Below are positions 12,201-26,149 of a stretch of DNA of 64,000 nucleotides, piece by piece. The position numbers and the translations under genes were made by a program. Numbering within the stretch: position 1 is the first letter of the stretch; every line of letters starts with the position of its first letter. The DNA is from Raillietiella orientalis (Eukaryota), in assembly GCA_036172245.1 (NCBI GenBank), contig JAYWIR010000004.1, forward strand, positions 3,286,001 through 3,350,000. The letters run 5' to 3'. The notes under the pieces were generated by a model, which worked only from the letters and a program-made list of their open reading frames with translations, was not told the DNA's origin and searched no databases.

Positions 12201-15200
12201 CCAAACAGATTCTTGCAAACTTTTTAGTTCTAGCATCAGTTTCCATTCACAGAAAAACAACCTAACTGTTCCCCTCCTACAAGATAAGTATACGTAGTGG
12301 CGATGGCGTTCAAAACGGTGCCTACGCTCCGGAACTAATGGGTTCCAACCGGCAGTTAAGGGAATTTTATCGTGAGTAGGATAAAATGTGTGATAACTCA
12401 TGACGCCGGTGAGTTGTACAAGTACATGTACATGCTGTATGAAACACTGTGGCACACGCTTTCACTGTGATAGAAGCATTTCCAATTCCAACACCAAACT
12501 TTCCAACACCGAATTTCAACCACGTATTTCTCAGGAATGTATTCCGTTCTTCGGAAAAATTTGGGAATCCCTGGATTTTGAAACTTTTATTACTGGTCTG
12601 CTTCGCAGTGCCACAGTTTTTCTGGAGGAAATAGATTGCCATTTAAGGCGCTGAAATCTGCTACGGCCTGTGGTGTTTTTTTTTATACACCACGGGGAAG
12701 AGCAGGATATGAAATGCTCGATCCCCTTAAGAATTCGCAACACGAATGCATACTCAAAAGACGTCTTGGTGTTTATCGAAAGGAACCGATTTGATCTCGC
12801 GCTGTCATAGCTGGAACAAGACAACTCTTGGTTTAACAGGGCCAGTAAATGGCTTACTTCAGTCACGAAAGGGTCATCAAGTGAAATCATTACCAATTGG
12901 CATAAGGCCTCAAAATCGTGAGATCCATCAGCCATCTAGATAACTTAGAATTTCAGAGACGTAAATGGGTACGTATTGCATGAGCCAACTACCCAGGATA
13001 ATGAAGTCGATCCCCACAGGCTGCACCTGACTGACAAAAAGTCTACTCTACCTCCACACAGCATCCAAGAAACATAAGAGCACACAATCTAGCGAACCGA
13101 AAGCGGTTTCGTAAACGTGTGTGTGTGCTTTTTTCCGCTCACTGGTAACGGGAGTCAAGGCGGTAAAGGAAAAAATGAGGAAAAAAAATTGATAAAACAC
13201 CAGATACTGGCGTTTGGTTAGATCGACTAGGTCATTAGCAGAAATGGCAGCAGAGATCAACCCCGTGAGATCCGAACTTGGATTTACATCGCATATCAAC
13301 ATTATTACTCTCGCAATGAGGACACACTCGAAGCAAAAAATCCGGCGGATTCCAACGGCCGAAATTGGTCGAAACCCACGAATCGACAGTCAGCGATCGC
13401 TGATGGTGATCTGTCAGCAATCGGAGAGGAAGAACCCGAATCCGAGAGATTTTCCATGCTCTGCTTTCTTTGCACATGCATGGGAAAGACAACCCACAAG
13501 AACGCAATCGAAAATTTCGAAACGCCAAAGGAGACGAACTTACGACCAGTTTACATTGGAAAAGCGAGACCGAGAGAAGAAAGGAGGAAAAAGTATACAC
13601 CCAGAGAAGAATGGGATGCATTCTGCGGAATTCTACGGCCATCAATTCGGAATACAATGCTGCTTAGAAATAAACGACAAAAATTCACACGCGTTAGAAT
13701 TGCGAAAGTGCGCTCCAGGAAATCAGACGAAAACGAATTCGATTCTTCCAGGTATTCTATGAAAAATTCCCATGGGCATCAGGGAATGTGAAACCTGGAT
13801 CAGAGAAGCTCAAAACAGGCAGATCCTGAAAGCCAACACCTTCCACGCAGTTCCACTCAACAACTTCATTCGAATTCTTTACATTCAGGTATTTGCGGTG
13901 GTCCGTCAGCTTCATAACACAAATTCATTTCATCATACAATCAGTGAATTATAACAAAAAAAATACACGGCTATTTATAAAATTATGCAGATATCTAGTT
14001 CCATGCTGTGAAGGAATATCGGAATCACAACCGCGACTGCATCTTACTCTTTGCGATTACCTGAAGAAACCTTTTGCATTCATAGAGAAAAAAAAACACC
14101 ATTCTTCGGGGTTATAATGGACCTCTTTTTTCATTTCTTGATGAATATCGTACATTTTCCTATTTCCGCAGATTTGATGAATCTACTGCAGTACACTGTG
14201 ACTGATGGGCAATGGGCAATTAACCAATGAATAATAAGGGGGGGGGGGGGAGAATGCCATATAAAAACACCAAAACTTCTCCTTCGAATGATGGTTTTTT
14301 CCCTTAGAATTTCAATGGTTTCGCACCATTGAGAATGATTTTTATAGACTAAATGGTTGAGCTCGGGTTGAGAAAATCTCTTTTCGAACCACGTTAAAAT
14401 TAACGAATTATCGTGGAAAATGTGAATTTGCTCTAAATAGAATTTTTGATGCGATGTGATTGCTTTACACAACCTTCTTTGATTAATTCAATCAAAACAC
14501 ATACACTTTGGATTCAGAATTAGCTCGAAATTATTATGTAGATTTATTTTAGTTTCCAATCTAATCTGATTGTAGGCCTCCAAACTAATAAGCAATGCAG
14601 ATGCTATCTTCGGATGAATTATTGATCATGCAATGACCATCACAAGCCACGCTGATTTTTTATTTCAAAAGTTAATGTTTTTATTTTCGATTGCACATAA
14701 TAAAGTAGTTTGGTCCTCAAACTTAGAAACCGGTTCACCTTAAATATAAAGATCCAATTTTTGCGATATCAATACTTTCCGAATTGGATTCGCAGCATTG
14801 CGTAGTCTAGGTTTATTTGTTTTTTTTTTTTTTAAAAAAAATAAAATAAAATACTCATTAAAATATTTTATGAAAACTCAATCAAAAATAGTAAACTGCT
14901 TCGACGCATAGGTTGTTGTCTGAACGCATCAAATGGAAGACGTTATATTCCTTCTAATTATATCTCCATCAACCGATTTAGGCATTTCTAGTATTGCCGA
15001 AAAATTACTCGGACTTGAAATTTCGATTCTGCTTCATTTATTGTGATAATGGCTGCAAAAATGGGCTACTGCACGAACGTTTCCTCCTAATAAAATGAAT
15101 CGATACAAGTATGGGTTCGGGGAGGCATATTTTTGTTTGTTCCGCGTATTTTCATGCAAATTCCACGAGTACCTCAACCGATCATTTAGAAAAATTCGTG

Positions 15201-18200
15201 CCCTGTCCCTGTAGCATAGCTCAATCATTTGGGTTATCGAATTTTTCTTTACGAAATCCACGAATGATCCTTATGGAACCATATTTACTATGCTTGATGA
15301 TGAGGATACAAATTTCGAGTTACCATGACGACAACAGTGACACGTTTGTGTCAGCTCTGGTAGTCACGCAATTGGACTACTGAAAAATATGCAATCCAAA
15401 CCGAATAACACACCTTAATAATTCATATCCTAATAGGGCTAAAAATTTGTATACACAAACACTGGTAAGCTACAAAATCGAAGGCAGAATAATAAGGAAA
15501 TTTTCTTGAGCGACTCAGAAAAAATATTAAATTATTCAGAAAGATATGCTGTTGTCAAGATCTGAAATTCATTACTGCAATGTATTTCAAATGGCTTACC
15601 AACACCACAATACATTTCCATAGCTTCACGAAACTCATCAGCCTTTATGTAAAACTTTTCTGCAAGATCATAAGCCTTTACAGAGGCAAAATGGCCAGCT
15701 AACTGCTTTGAATACACAGCAGCTTGATGTGGGTCTCCTATGGCTTCAAGAACTTCTGCAGCCCGTTTCCACTGTTTTGCAACAATAGCAGCATCCATAG
15801 CTTTTGTTATTTTTCCTGCTTCAATATAATGGCTTATGGCTGCTTCTGACTGCCTGCTCTTCATTAATGAGTCACCCCATTCTTCTTCAAGAAGCACAAC
15901 TTCAGATGGGAAATAGATTCGTGCCAATTCAAGAGCCTTAGTGAAAGACAAATTCTTGCGATAGCACTCCAAAGCATTTCTTTTGTCATCAACTTTCTCA
16001 TACAAAGACCCTGCACATCCATGAAACCCCTGTTTGCATAGAGCAGGTAACACTTTGTTCATCAAATAACGAAAATCAGTAGAATCCTCCATTGTCAGTA
16101 ATACCCTATTAGTATATTCAAACATCTTAGTATATTCAACTGATACAACAATTAAGTATTTGTCATACCTAGTGGCTTGCTTTAGACAACCTGCTTGCAA
16201 ATATAGTTCTGCTGCACTCTTTGTGTCACCTTCTTTTTCTTGAACGCTAGCTGCCACTTCTTCTTGTCGAGTACTAAGAAGCCATCTAACATACTGTTGT
16301 TTGAGATCATAGTATCGAGGGCTACTCCTGGCTTGTGCCAAGGATAAAGCTTTATGGAGAAAATTCAAAGTCAGTTGAAAAGTTTATTTACCACACCATC
16401 TGTCCACATGTTTAAGCTGCAATACATATCCAGTGCTTTATCCACACTCTCATTATTCATGTATATTTCTGCTGCTTTGGAAAATTGCTTTTGAAATATA
16501 GCTAATCGTGCTTGAACCTCATAATGAATGATACCTGCAAACAAAATTACAGGATTAATCACCAATGAGTCAATGTGCTATATAGGTCTTCTTACCAGTG
16601 TCGTCTTTAGTCTTTTCAGCAATTGCCATTATTTCTTGCAAGTATTTTACAGTACAGACATCTTGCAAGGCTGCATAACAGCTTTCTGCTATCACAAGAT
16701 GACCAGCTTGTAAGGAAACCTTAGCCAAAGTTCGCCACATGGAATCTGTCTCACTAGACTTCGATTTTTCTTGCAGAAAACTGAGAGCACGCATATAGTC
16801 ACCATCTTCGATGGCTGTACTGAACACAATCAGTGATTCATCCAAGAAATAATTAACTCTCTGAGAGCCAGTCTGCACAACAACTTGCGTGCGGCCACCA
16901 GTCTGCTCTACACCAAGCATTTCACCTTTAGAGGCTATGATTGTTGGCAAATCATTTTCGAGAATGTTATACCAAACACATATATTTTGATGATCTTGAG
17001 CAACCACTACGTCACTTCCTGGTACCCACTAAATACACCATACAATAGTTAATGTAAAAATGTGGAGAAGGCTTACCTGAACAAAACTGCAAAACAATAA
17101 AATTCCACGTTGTTGTTGTGAGAGAGTATCCAGTAAATACAAATGACAGGCTCTGTCCCGAAATAGAAGCAACTTTCCAGTTTCATTCAGCTCCAGCCAG
17201 TCAATTGCTTGCTTGTGTGTTACTTCCACTAACAGTATCATACTTGGCAAATCAACTGCACAGAATTAAAAATCAACCAAACTAATTCTCAATCACTAAC
17301 CTACTCGGATGGTCTTCAGATCTAAAAGATAGGCTAGTTTTTTATTATCGGGAACTCCAGAACACTGTCTTTCATTAACGCGGACACTGATCACATGTGG
17401 ATTAACAAACTCTGTCCTGAACACTCAATACTTATAAGTCTATCTTGGTTCTTCTTACCTTATAGTACCCAAAATTTCATCTTTTCCGTACTCTACTAGA
17501 GTAAGTTCGCCCACATTGAAAACCAAGCAAACATTAGCATTGCTGAAATAAAATTTCTCTTGACCACCACTGTCTCTCCAAGGGATTTCACTCAGCAAAT
17601 CACGTTGCAGATTATTAAGTAACAATGTGCTACTAGTCCAAGCCACAGCATAATTATCTTTGCCCATAATTCGGATCTGATCTATTTCTCCTCCATGCTT
17701 GGACATTATCTTTACTACACGTCCATCTGCCTGACATTTAAGCAATATTTGGCTGGGTCCAACAAAAGTTATTTCCCAATTTCCTTGGACCGTTTTCCTT
17801 AGAATGATTGAGAAAATCTTCAGAGACAAGTCAAACAAAAAGAAAATGTGGCCAAGGTGCTTAAGAAAGCATGTGGAGTTCTAAAGCTGAAAGTGCCATG
17901 CTTTTGCTTATAAAAGTGACCTCTAAATTTTTGAATGCACTATTCACCTCATAACAAACTCAAACAAATACACTCCTCCACAAAGGGTAGCACATGCTAC
18001 TGTGGAATCATCTTTCTTCCAACACAATGATGAAACTGAATAAAAATATGGAATATTCTTTGATCTCATTTCTTCCCAGCAATGCTTCCGTGAAGAGTAC
18101 ACAAATAATTTTAACTGATTATAACATCCAATTATAGCAGCCTGACCACTAGAACTACAAACTGCCGATGTGAATTCTTCAAGATCACTGCTACTGTAAT

Positions 18201-21200
18201 CAAACTGCTGGCTAATGCGTCCATCACTATTATAAAACACTAGTTTGTGGTCACACCCAGCAACAATCACTTGATGACTAGTCCAACAAATGGCAGATGG
18301 AGGAACAGGATGCAAAATAACTTTTCTCTAAGGGATGATAAATCGTGATAGGGCCTAATAATCAAATTAACATGAAGGATTACCTGAGACTGTTTAAATG
18401 AATCACTAGAAACATAAAAACTCATTAATGAGCCATCTGCATGACCAGATATAAATCCATTTCCCTGAGGGCTAGATAGAACAAAATAAAAAAACAATAA
18501 ATACATATGTCAAAGTGGAAAACTTTAAGGAAATCACATATCAAATTCATTACATCATTCATATGTGGTCATTATTATTCTTAATGTTCTTACTATGAAC
18601 ATGAAAAACTAACAATCATTTGCATAAATTTTTGAAATACACTATACAGATTTCCAACATAAGATGAATAACAGATTTCAAAGATCACATGAACTCTGCA
18701 GATCTTACATCAATTTGCAGAGTGCAGGCAATCAATTCCCAATGTTCGAAAAGAACCTGAAAAACTGACAAATGTTTGCATTACTTGCATTTCTTTTTGA
18801 AACACCAAAAACAACTTTGCTGTAAAGGAGAAGTATTTGCATTTTCTAATACTTATATGCAAGTCTTGAAAAACTATATCTAATTATGATCTTAAAAATG
18901 TTTACAAAAAAACCCGAGATGATTTATTATTTGAATAACAACTTGAGAAAAATGGAAACAGATTTATCCACACATTTTAAGAAGTGCTGCAGGACAATGA
19001 ACCAGCACAGAGAAAATTCATATTGTATTAACTCATATCAAAACCACCAATTAACACAGAAAACATACTTAGCAGCAAGACATATCACATAGGATTCAGT
19101 GGAATTCAATGTCTGGACTTTTGTACTTTTGACAGAAATACTTTTCACAGTTCCATCTGCTAATCCAAAAACAACTGACCCTTCTGCCAACCAAACAAGG
19201 CATGTGACAGATGATGAAAGAATAAATTTGTTAATGATAGTTTTTCGCTTTCCCCTGAAATACTCAAAAAATAATTTGTATTATCATTTTATATCAAATT
19301 ACCAGTCTTCTCCTGGATCACTGAGCTTATAAATGAAAACAATGTTATCAGTTTGCCCAACAGCTAATTTAGTGGAATCAGGTGAAAATGCCAGTCCTTT
19401 TACAACATAGCTTTTCTTACCAAACTATGAATGGATACATTTAAACAGATTTCAATATTTCCTACTATTAGCATTATCTAATACAAACAACTAATTGTTC
19501 ACCCATATTACACACTTCACATAAGGAATAAAAACTCTGTACAATGAAATGTATGAGTTTTCGGATTGAAACACAATACCTTACAGATAAAGTTATATTT
19601 TGGGCTAAATTCAACACTTACTTTTGGATCAGCAGGTTTTGTGGCAAATTTTTCTTGAACAACACCAATTTCATTTATGAGCAAAACTACTTGGTCATGA
19701 GAACATACAGCTAGTTTCATTCCATTAGGAGCCCAAGCCATGGCAACAATTTTTGCAGGATGATCCTGAAAAGACCTACAAGTTAATTCAGCATCTCAGA
19801 CATTAATTTTAACATTGCTCATGATCAACAATTAATTTTAATATCACTAATTTCAATTACAAAACATTCTGACAAAATGAAGTATCGATAAACTAAGTTT
19901 CATTTGATTTACATTCACGAACAAGTTATCAAACAGATTAAAACTTTCAAAACAGGGAACACATTTCTTGTAACTGTATTCTTTTGCCCAATCTGCCCAC
20001 ATCGTAGACAATTACAGCAAACCTTTTTTCTCAGCATAAAATGCTGGAGTTTCTAAAATACTGTTGAATCCCAAAGATGAATTCTGCATGAAACTTGGAA
20101 TTCATTTTTACTTATTTAACTGGTGAAATAAATGTTGTTTCAAACTGCATTGTGATTTCAAGCATCAAACCTTTAGACTTCTTTTTCTTTACTACAAATG
20201 ACTGCAAACTTATACATATTTATCCTTTTTATTGTAATAAAAAACTTTAATTATAAAGTCAAAAACACAATATAATCAAAGAAATGTATTAATTGTAACA
20301 GACCTTTTAAAAAGACTGAGAAGACCAACAAAAAAGCAATTTAATTATAAGTCTTTAATTCATGAAAGAACCCTGATATGCTGCAGGGGATGGAGTCCCA
20401 TTTTTCTTACAAAAGTTGGTGTATTACATCTACTTATATCTTACAAACAACCCTTACAAACAGAACATTTACAACCAGCAATACAATAACAAAAAGTTAA
20501 AAGCGTACAAAAAATTATACTGATTGTAGATGAAACACTGCTATCAACTCATGGGTCAATCTATCCCCAGCATTTCTAATGATTCAGCAAAAGCTCACGT
20601 AAACAGATTGTTACAGCTTTAAAATGAAAGTAACCACCTCAAGAAATGAAATGAAAATGAAACCCAGAACAGGTGCACTGTTTTAATGAAGTCACCACCA
20701 ATGTGGGGATTTTTAATGACTGTCAGTAATATTCAGAATAATTTTCGAATTTAGCAAAATTGGAATTGGATTGGATATCATAAGACGTGGCTTCTGTCAC
20801 CTTCTAAGTGCCTGTTTCTGCTAATGATATCATTCAGCTTCAAGATCTTTGAAAGCATTGATTTCTGAAAAGGGCTTAGCATAAGAGCCATTAGGATTTG
20901 CTTTTAGTCATGAATTTCTCACAAATAAGAATGAAATTTTTCAAATCAGCATATGGCAAGTCATATGATCGATGATTCACATCTGAGCATCTTGACACAT
21001 TTATTTCAGGGAAAAATTGGAAAAAAAGATAGAAATACATGTGAAGTCATTAATAAGTAAAATGTATAATGAAAACTTGTGTTCTAAATTGTCTATGCCA
21101 CTCTGACCAATGTAATTTCAAGATTTTGAGTCTACTTGCAATTTACTCTTATGGGTGCTTTGTTCCCATTTAAAGTATTCTAGATGCATTCGTGAATAAT

Positions 21201-22964
21201 GTTTTTAAATTAGTTTTCTTATACACTGATGTTGTCCAAAGACGTAATTCAAAGGAAAATCAAAAGAATATACATCCAAACACTACAAAACCAATTTAAG
21301 AAAAGCATAAAATAAAAAGAACTCCATTAACAGCCCATTTAATTTTCAATATGGAAAACAAAAACTGATACTAAGAATATTGCACATGGAACTCTTCAAA
21401 CTGAAAAATATTCAAAGAAACTGAAGATTATGAGAGGAAAACAATCATCGTAATAAAAGCCTGAAAGGACTCCATAAGAAGCATCAGGAGATATTGGATG
21501 TACACACTGTAGTTAGATTACCATACCTGTTTGTTTTTTAAACATCAAATGACACACTACCTCTTTAAGAGACCAATTTTCACATGTTGGCTTGTTGCCG
21601 AATGTTTCTTTGACTGCTAAATGCAAATTTTATTTCCTTGATCAAAGATATGCAAATTTAGGGATTATGCACAATGAATTTTTACTTTAGTAAGACTTTT
21701 AGGTTTTCTTTAACAAAACTCAAGTAAAACTAAAATCACTTAGAAATACATTTTATTGCATACATTTTTCAGCAAATGAAATGCCACATTTGTGTTAACA
21801 AATGGCTTTACAATTTTGGGGATGTTGTCCAGTCTTGTGTAGCAGTGCAAGTTAGTTGGCTCATTTTCATGTAACATCTTTCTATGATATTTTCTAGAGA
21901 AAATAATTCCTTAAAAATGAAAGAATAATCCTTAAATAAAAAAAAGAATTAAATAAAAGAATAAAAGAATCCATAAAAATAAAAGAACTATATTTCCATC
22001 CTACAACTAATAATTCACCAAAGGCTACTTGGTTGTGATTTACCATTGCAGCTTTCGCTAAAATTACACAGATCTAAGAAAATACACACCCCATCTACTG
22101 AACAAAACAGGAAAGAAGATTAGGTATCAAATGATTATTTATCTGACAGTACTTCCATTGTTCCTACAGAGATGCAGTAAAGCATGAAAAATGAATTTAA
22201 CAATTTTAAAACATTGAAATATGTTTTAAGATCCTATTGCTCAATTTGTCTGTCCCTGTTTAATGAATGGCATGTAATACAGTTTGTGACAGTTGTTTCG
22301 TCATCAGTGCTTACAATTTTTAGCTTTATTAGACAATCCTGTAGAAATATTCATGTACGATCACTCAGCTACGCTAAATTCTAGGTTCACAGCCAGAAAC
22401 AATACAGATGACAGTTAAAATCCAAAGTGCTTTGCACTCTGTTGAAAATAATTAACCCATATAGTCTTGTGCAAAGAGATTTGGCAGATACTAAACCGAT
22501 AAATGGCTCGTTACAACTCGAAAAGATAATTTTCAAATAATAGATTTAGGCATCCCCAAAACCCAGGTGAGACTTTCCGGAAACCTACGGTCATACTTAT
22601 TACAATGAGAAACTTGTTACTTACTTTCCGTATTATTTATGGCTTTAAATATTACAGTACCAAAAATTATGCACTAAAACTTAACGATATTCTAAATACT
22701 AGGGTGCAACCTGATCTGACAGAAAGTCAATTCATTATAGCAAATTGTTTTCCAAATATAATAACTGGTATTTGTAATTGCTAGATAGTTTTGTTTTAAA
22801 CACCAAGAATTACAAGCATTGCTATTTCCTCCTGCAATAAGTACTCCGAATGCAAATTCAAAATTGTCTGTGCATATTCTAAATACTGCAAATATGCAAA
22901 TTCCCTATTACACTCCATTTCATACCAATGGATCGATGATGCACTTCAAGAACTTCAGTTGCAT
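9288..22964 (-). CDS. IFT172: Intraflagellar transport protein 172 (IFT-B; N-terminal WD40, C-terminal TPR/alpha-solenoid), complete, ~1743 aa
   Basis: Hand-spliced GT-AG exons with consistent phases: 22926-22964, 19622-19765, 19303-19424, 19069-19254, 18384-18471, 17948-18327, 17459-17797, 17301-17416, 17077-17255, 16596-17028, 16397-16534, 16169-16349, 15600-16105, 11636-12009, 11441-11587, 11058-11393, 10821-11012, 10511-10773, 10257-10452, 10037-10213, 9288-9983 (5232 nt). Diagnostic motifs: [96 protein letters not shown], and C-terminal LPSMSFAF. Confidence 0.97.
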
Positions 22965-23110
22965 CTTTCAGATTTTGTTGCCACGATTTCAAGGTTTTTT
23001 CATCTAACGGGCAGCCTTTCCATGGACTTTTAGAGACAAAATAAAAGTTTACCAACAAAAAAAAAGAAACCTACGCAACGTAGCAAGCCAATCGATCGAT
23101 AACCCTGTGA
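22965..23110 (-). promoter_or_regulatory. Putative IFT172 proximal promoter/5'UTR with an RFX X-box half-site and a DRE-like motif
   Basis: GTTGCCACG at 22977-22985 resembles the X-box half GTTGCCATG, but the other half is poor. AATCGATCGATA at 23090-23101 resembles DRE TATCGATA. Both lie just upstream of the ATG at 22964. Confidence 0.3.
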
Positions 23111-26100
23111 CATTTGCAAACAAAGAATCCCAAGATATATTTCTTGGAAGCTTCACGTAAAGGCACTTTCTAAGATATTAAAAACCTGAAAAGTTCATAA
23201 AAATGCATGCCAAGGATTGTTCTTTAACCAGCGTCCAGCTTCTTTTGTTGTTTCATTTTTTCGAAGTGAGCCAATTGATGGGCCGCGGTACCAACTCACA
23301 GCCCGTGGACCAGGTGTGACCCACTTCCAATCTGCATAGGATCCTCCTATCCAGCTTAGAAATAGCCTTTTATTTTGTGGTCAAGATTAATATAAATAAT
23401 GCACAGAATGCAGATCTTGTTACGTCTAAGGGAAATATGTATTGTAACTTCCCCAGATCTGGAAGATTCTCATAAAGGACTGCAAGGTTCTAAAAAATGT
23501 ATGGGTGTACGCATGCGTATGCATTTCTTATATCGTTCTTTTACATTACGATAAGTAGTTTTGTCTGCTTAAAGGATAAACAAATTTAGAAATTAGCATA
23601 AATCTCGAAGAATCTGCACACGTTTTCATTAATATGAAAGGTCATAGCTTTTTATATATATATATTTTAGGGAGACTGTAAAAACGTTGGGAATGAAAGG
23701 ATCTTGAGAGGCAGGAATGAACGCTGAACTCATTTTTCTTTGAAATCCAAGATAAATCTATGTATTTGTAGATGCGACATTGCAAGGACTTAGATTTTGA
23801 GACCAATAAGCTGGCCGAAGATCGTTAACCCCAAGAGTAAGATTTTGACAGCTGCTTATCATACATAAACAAATACGACTTATTCACATGAATTCCTTTA
23901 TTTCTTGTTGTACAAGAGCAATAGCGACGATGCTGTCGTTTAGTGACCTTTTAAATAGTATATCCCAGAGAGTTATTTGTGACCAGTAGTTATCATACAA
24001 AAAAATCACCTATACAAAAAAAACATTCTTTTTAAATAAATGATGATGTGTAAAAATGATTTGCTTTATAGATTATACAAATACAAGCGCTTGCTTTAGG
24101 AGACAATTTTCCAATAATTAATCAATTCAGAAAAGTACAATCACGTAAGATGGGCCCACAAAATGTAAGATAGGTGGACTTAGGATTATGTTTCGTTTCA
24201 TGCAAATGCAAATCAGTTGGGTTCATATCTATATGTAAAGAATGCAAGATGAATGTGGAATCAAATGAGCTATCTGCAAAGAAGCGAAAATGGATTAGAG
24301 AAAAGCGAGGAAAATCGACTCCTTTGAAAACTTCATAATTGCAAATTTTGTTTTTGCAATGCTACTGCCTTATGCTACTTATGTAGTTAAATTTATTGCA
24401 TAGCTCTTTACCAACATGTACTCTGTAAAGACCGAATTCAAATTTCCCTTGAAAGGTATCTTCTGTCACCACAGTGAATTTGTCAACTATTAAATCACAA
24501 ACCCATGAAGAAATGTGGTGAAAGAGCTGTCCAGAGCATTTGAAGTTTTTTTTTTTTTTCTTGAACTGAACGTTGACATTATCAGACTCCACTAAGCTGC
24601 TTATCTTTGCAAAGATCTACATGCTGACTGTATGGTCGCTTCGGTCAGCCTTCTTGGAAAGGAGTTATCATTGCCTAAAAATTATGGCTCAAGTGGGACA
24701 TGTGACTTCTAAATAAACTTCACAGTACTTGAGAAAAGCTTAAGTTTGCTGAAAATGATGCAGCAGGATAAGAATCAAACTGGTGTTCCAATAAGACTCA
24801 TGAAAGCATTCGACTTCATTGCAGCACTTTGTGCTTGGTACATGATACAGATTCTTTGAGACTCCCACCAGCAAAATCAAGGCGGCAAGATTCTTCGGCA
24901 GGAATAAGTTTGAAATGCTGTCCTTTAAGACGGTAATTCAATAGAGAATGAGGATTTAAATCATTGTCAGTTCTTGATTTTTCTCCAAAATAGACCTCTG
25001 AGGTTTTTTTTTTTTTTTTTTGTATGTAGTACCAAAGTAAGGCGACTGGACTGTTTCCTTGAAATAAGAAAATTTTCTAAACTGAATGGATCTGGAATCC
25101 TTATTCTGTAACATTGAGCAATCTAAAGTCGGAGCTCGGGAATTTTCCAACATGACAAGTTGTGAAGCGAATAATTTTCTTGATTCAAACACACGAAAAT
25201 TACCTGAGCCACAATTTTCTATTTGGAAAGCCCTTCTAAGCGATAAAGTATAGAAGGCTGTTGGAGACAATGAAACGGTTAGCAGTGAAAATGCAATACA
25301 GGATTCTAAATCCTCCATTGTAAATCGTTTCAATGCTCGTGAGAATCTTAGAGGTTCTCACGAGCACTGAAACGATACGAGAAATGCTTCGAATGATTCC
25401 TCGATGGCACAAACGAGGCAAGTCGTGAGAAGGCAGTTTCGGTTCTCGAATGAATGACACTTTTAGAGAGACGTACATGGCTTGGTGTGCTTTTAGTGTG
25501 TGAGTGTGTGCAAGTGTCTCCAAGCCCTAAACAAGTTTTCACAAAATTCTGTGAAGCACATGTGCATGGGAGCGACACACCAAGAATGAACCGATGAGCC
25601 GTTTTGCCATCCTTCTGAGAATGTGCGTCGCAAATATTGAAATGCCTTTGAATCCTCTGCAGGCGATAAGGGACCCTCCGGAACAATTCAAGTTCACGAC
25701 TCAAAACAATAACGACACAAGTGTGTGAGTATGTGTATGTGTTTCGGGTATTAAGGAACCATTTCGAGCTTCAAAAGAGCAAGGTTTTTCACAAATTCAA
25801 GCATTCCATTCTTCCTTATTTGATATGCTGCTGCTCCTGATTGTATTCAAGCCACACTGGCTTGCACTGTTTCTGGATCAGGGTAGGAGAGTCTTTTCCT
25901 ATCCGACTTAGAGATTTTATGAACTTTGCATTTTCTCTCGTGACTCCACGAAACACCCAGATCGCCGGTCGTTCCTGAACGTGTGTCTCCCCCTTCATGC
26001 TGACGTGCGGTCCTTCCCGTCGTGGATTTTTGCTGAACGCGAACTCGGCGTGTCGTTCGCCGTGAACAGCGAGGAAAAGCATCGAGGTCGATTCTCCGGA

Positions 26101-26149
26101 GCTGAGCTCCTCTCCCTCTCAGATCAAACAGGCAGTGGGGATTGGCAAA

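Noticed and set aside
21905..21990. AAAGAAT/AATAAA-like repeated tract
   Set aside because: A-rich low-complexity slippage with no repeat-spacer structure. No CRISPR-like array was seen anywhere in this eukaryotic window.
24600..24935. Plus-strand exon-like stretch ending in a donor, a possible gene divergent from IFT172
   Set aside because: The frames I translated contain stops and I recognise no homology, so it cannot be supported without RNA data.
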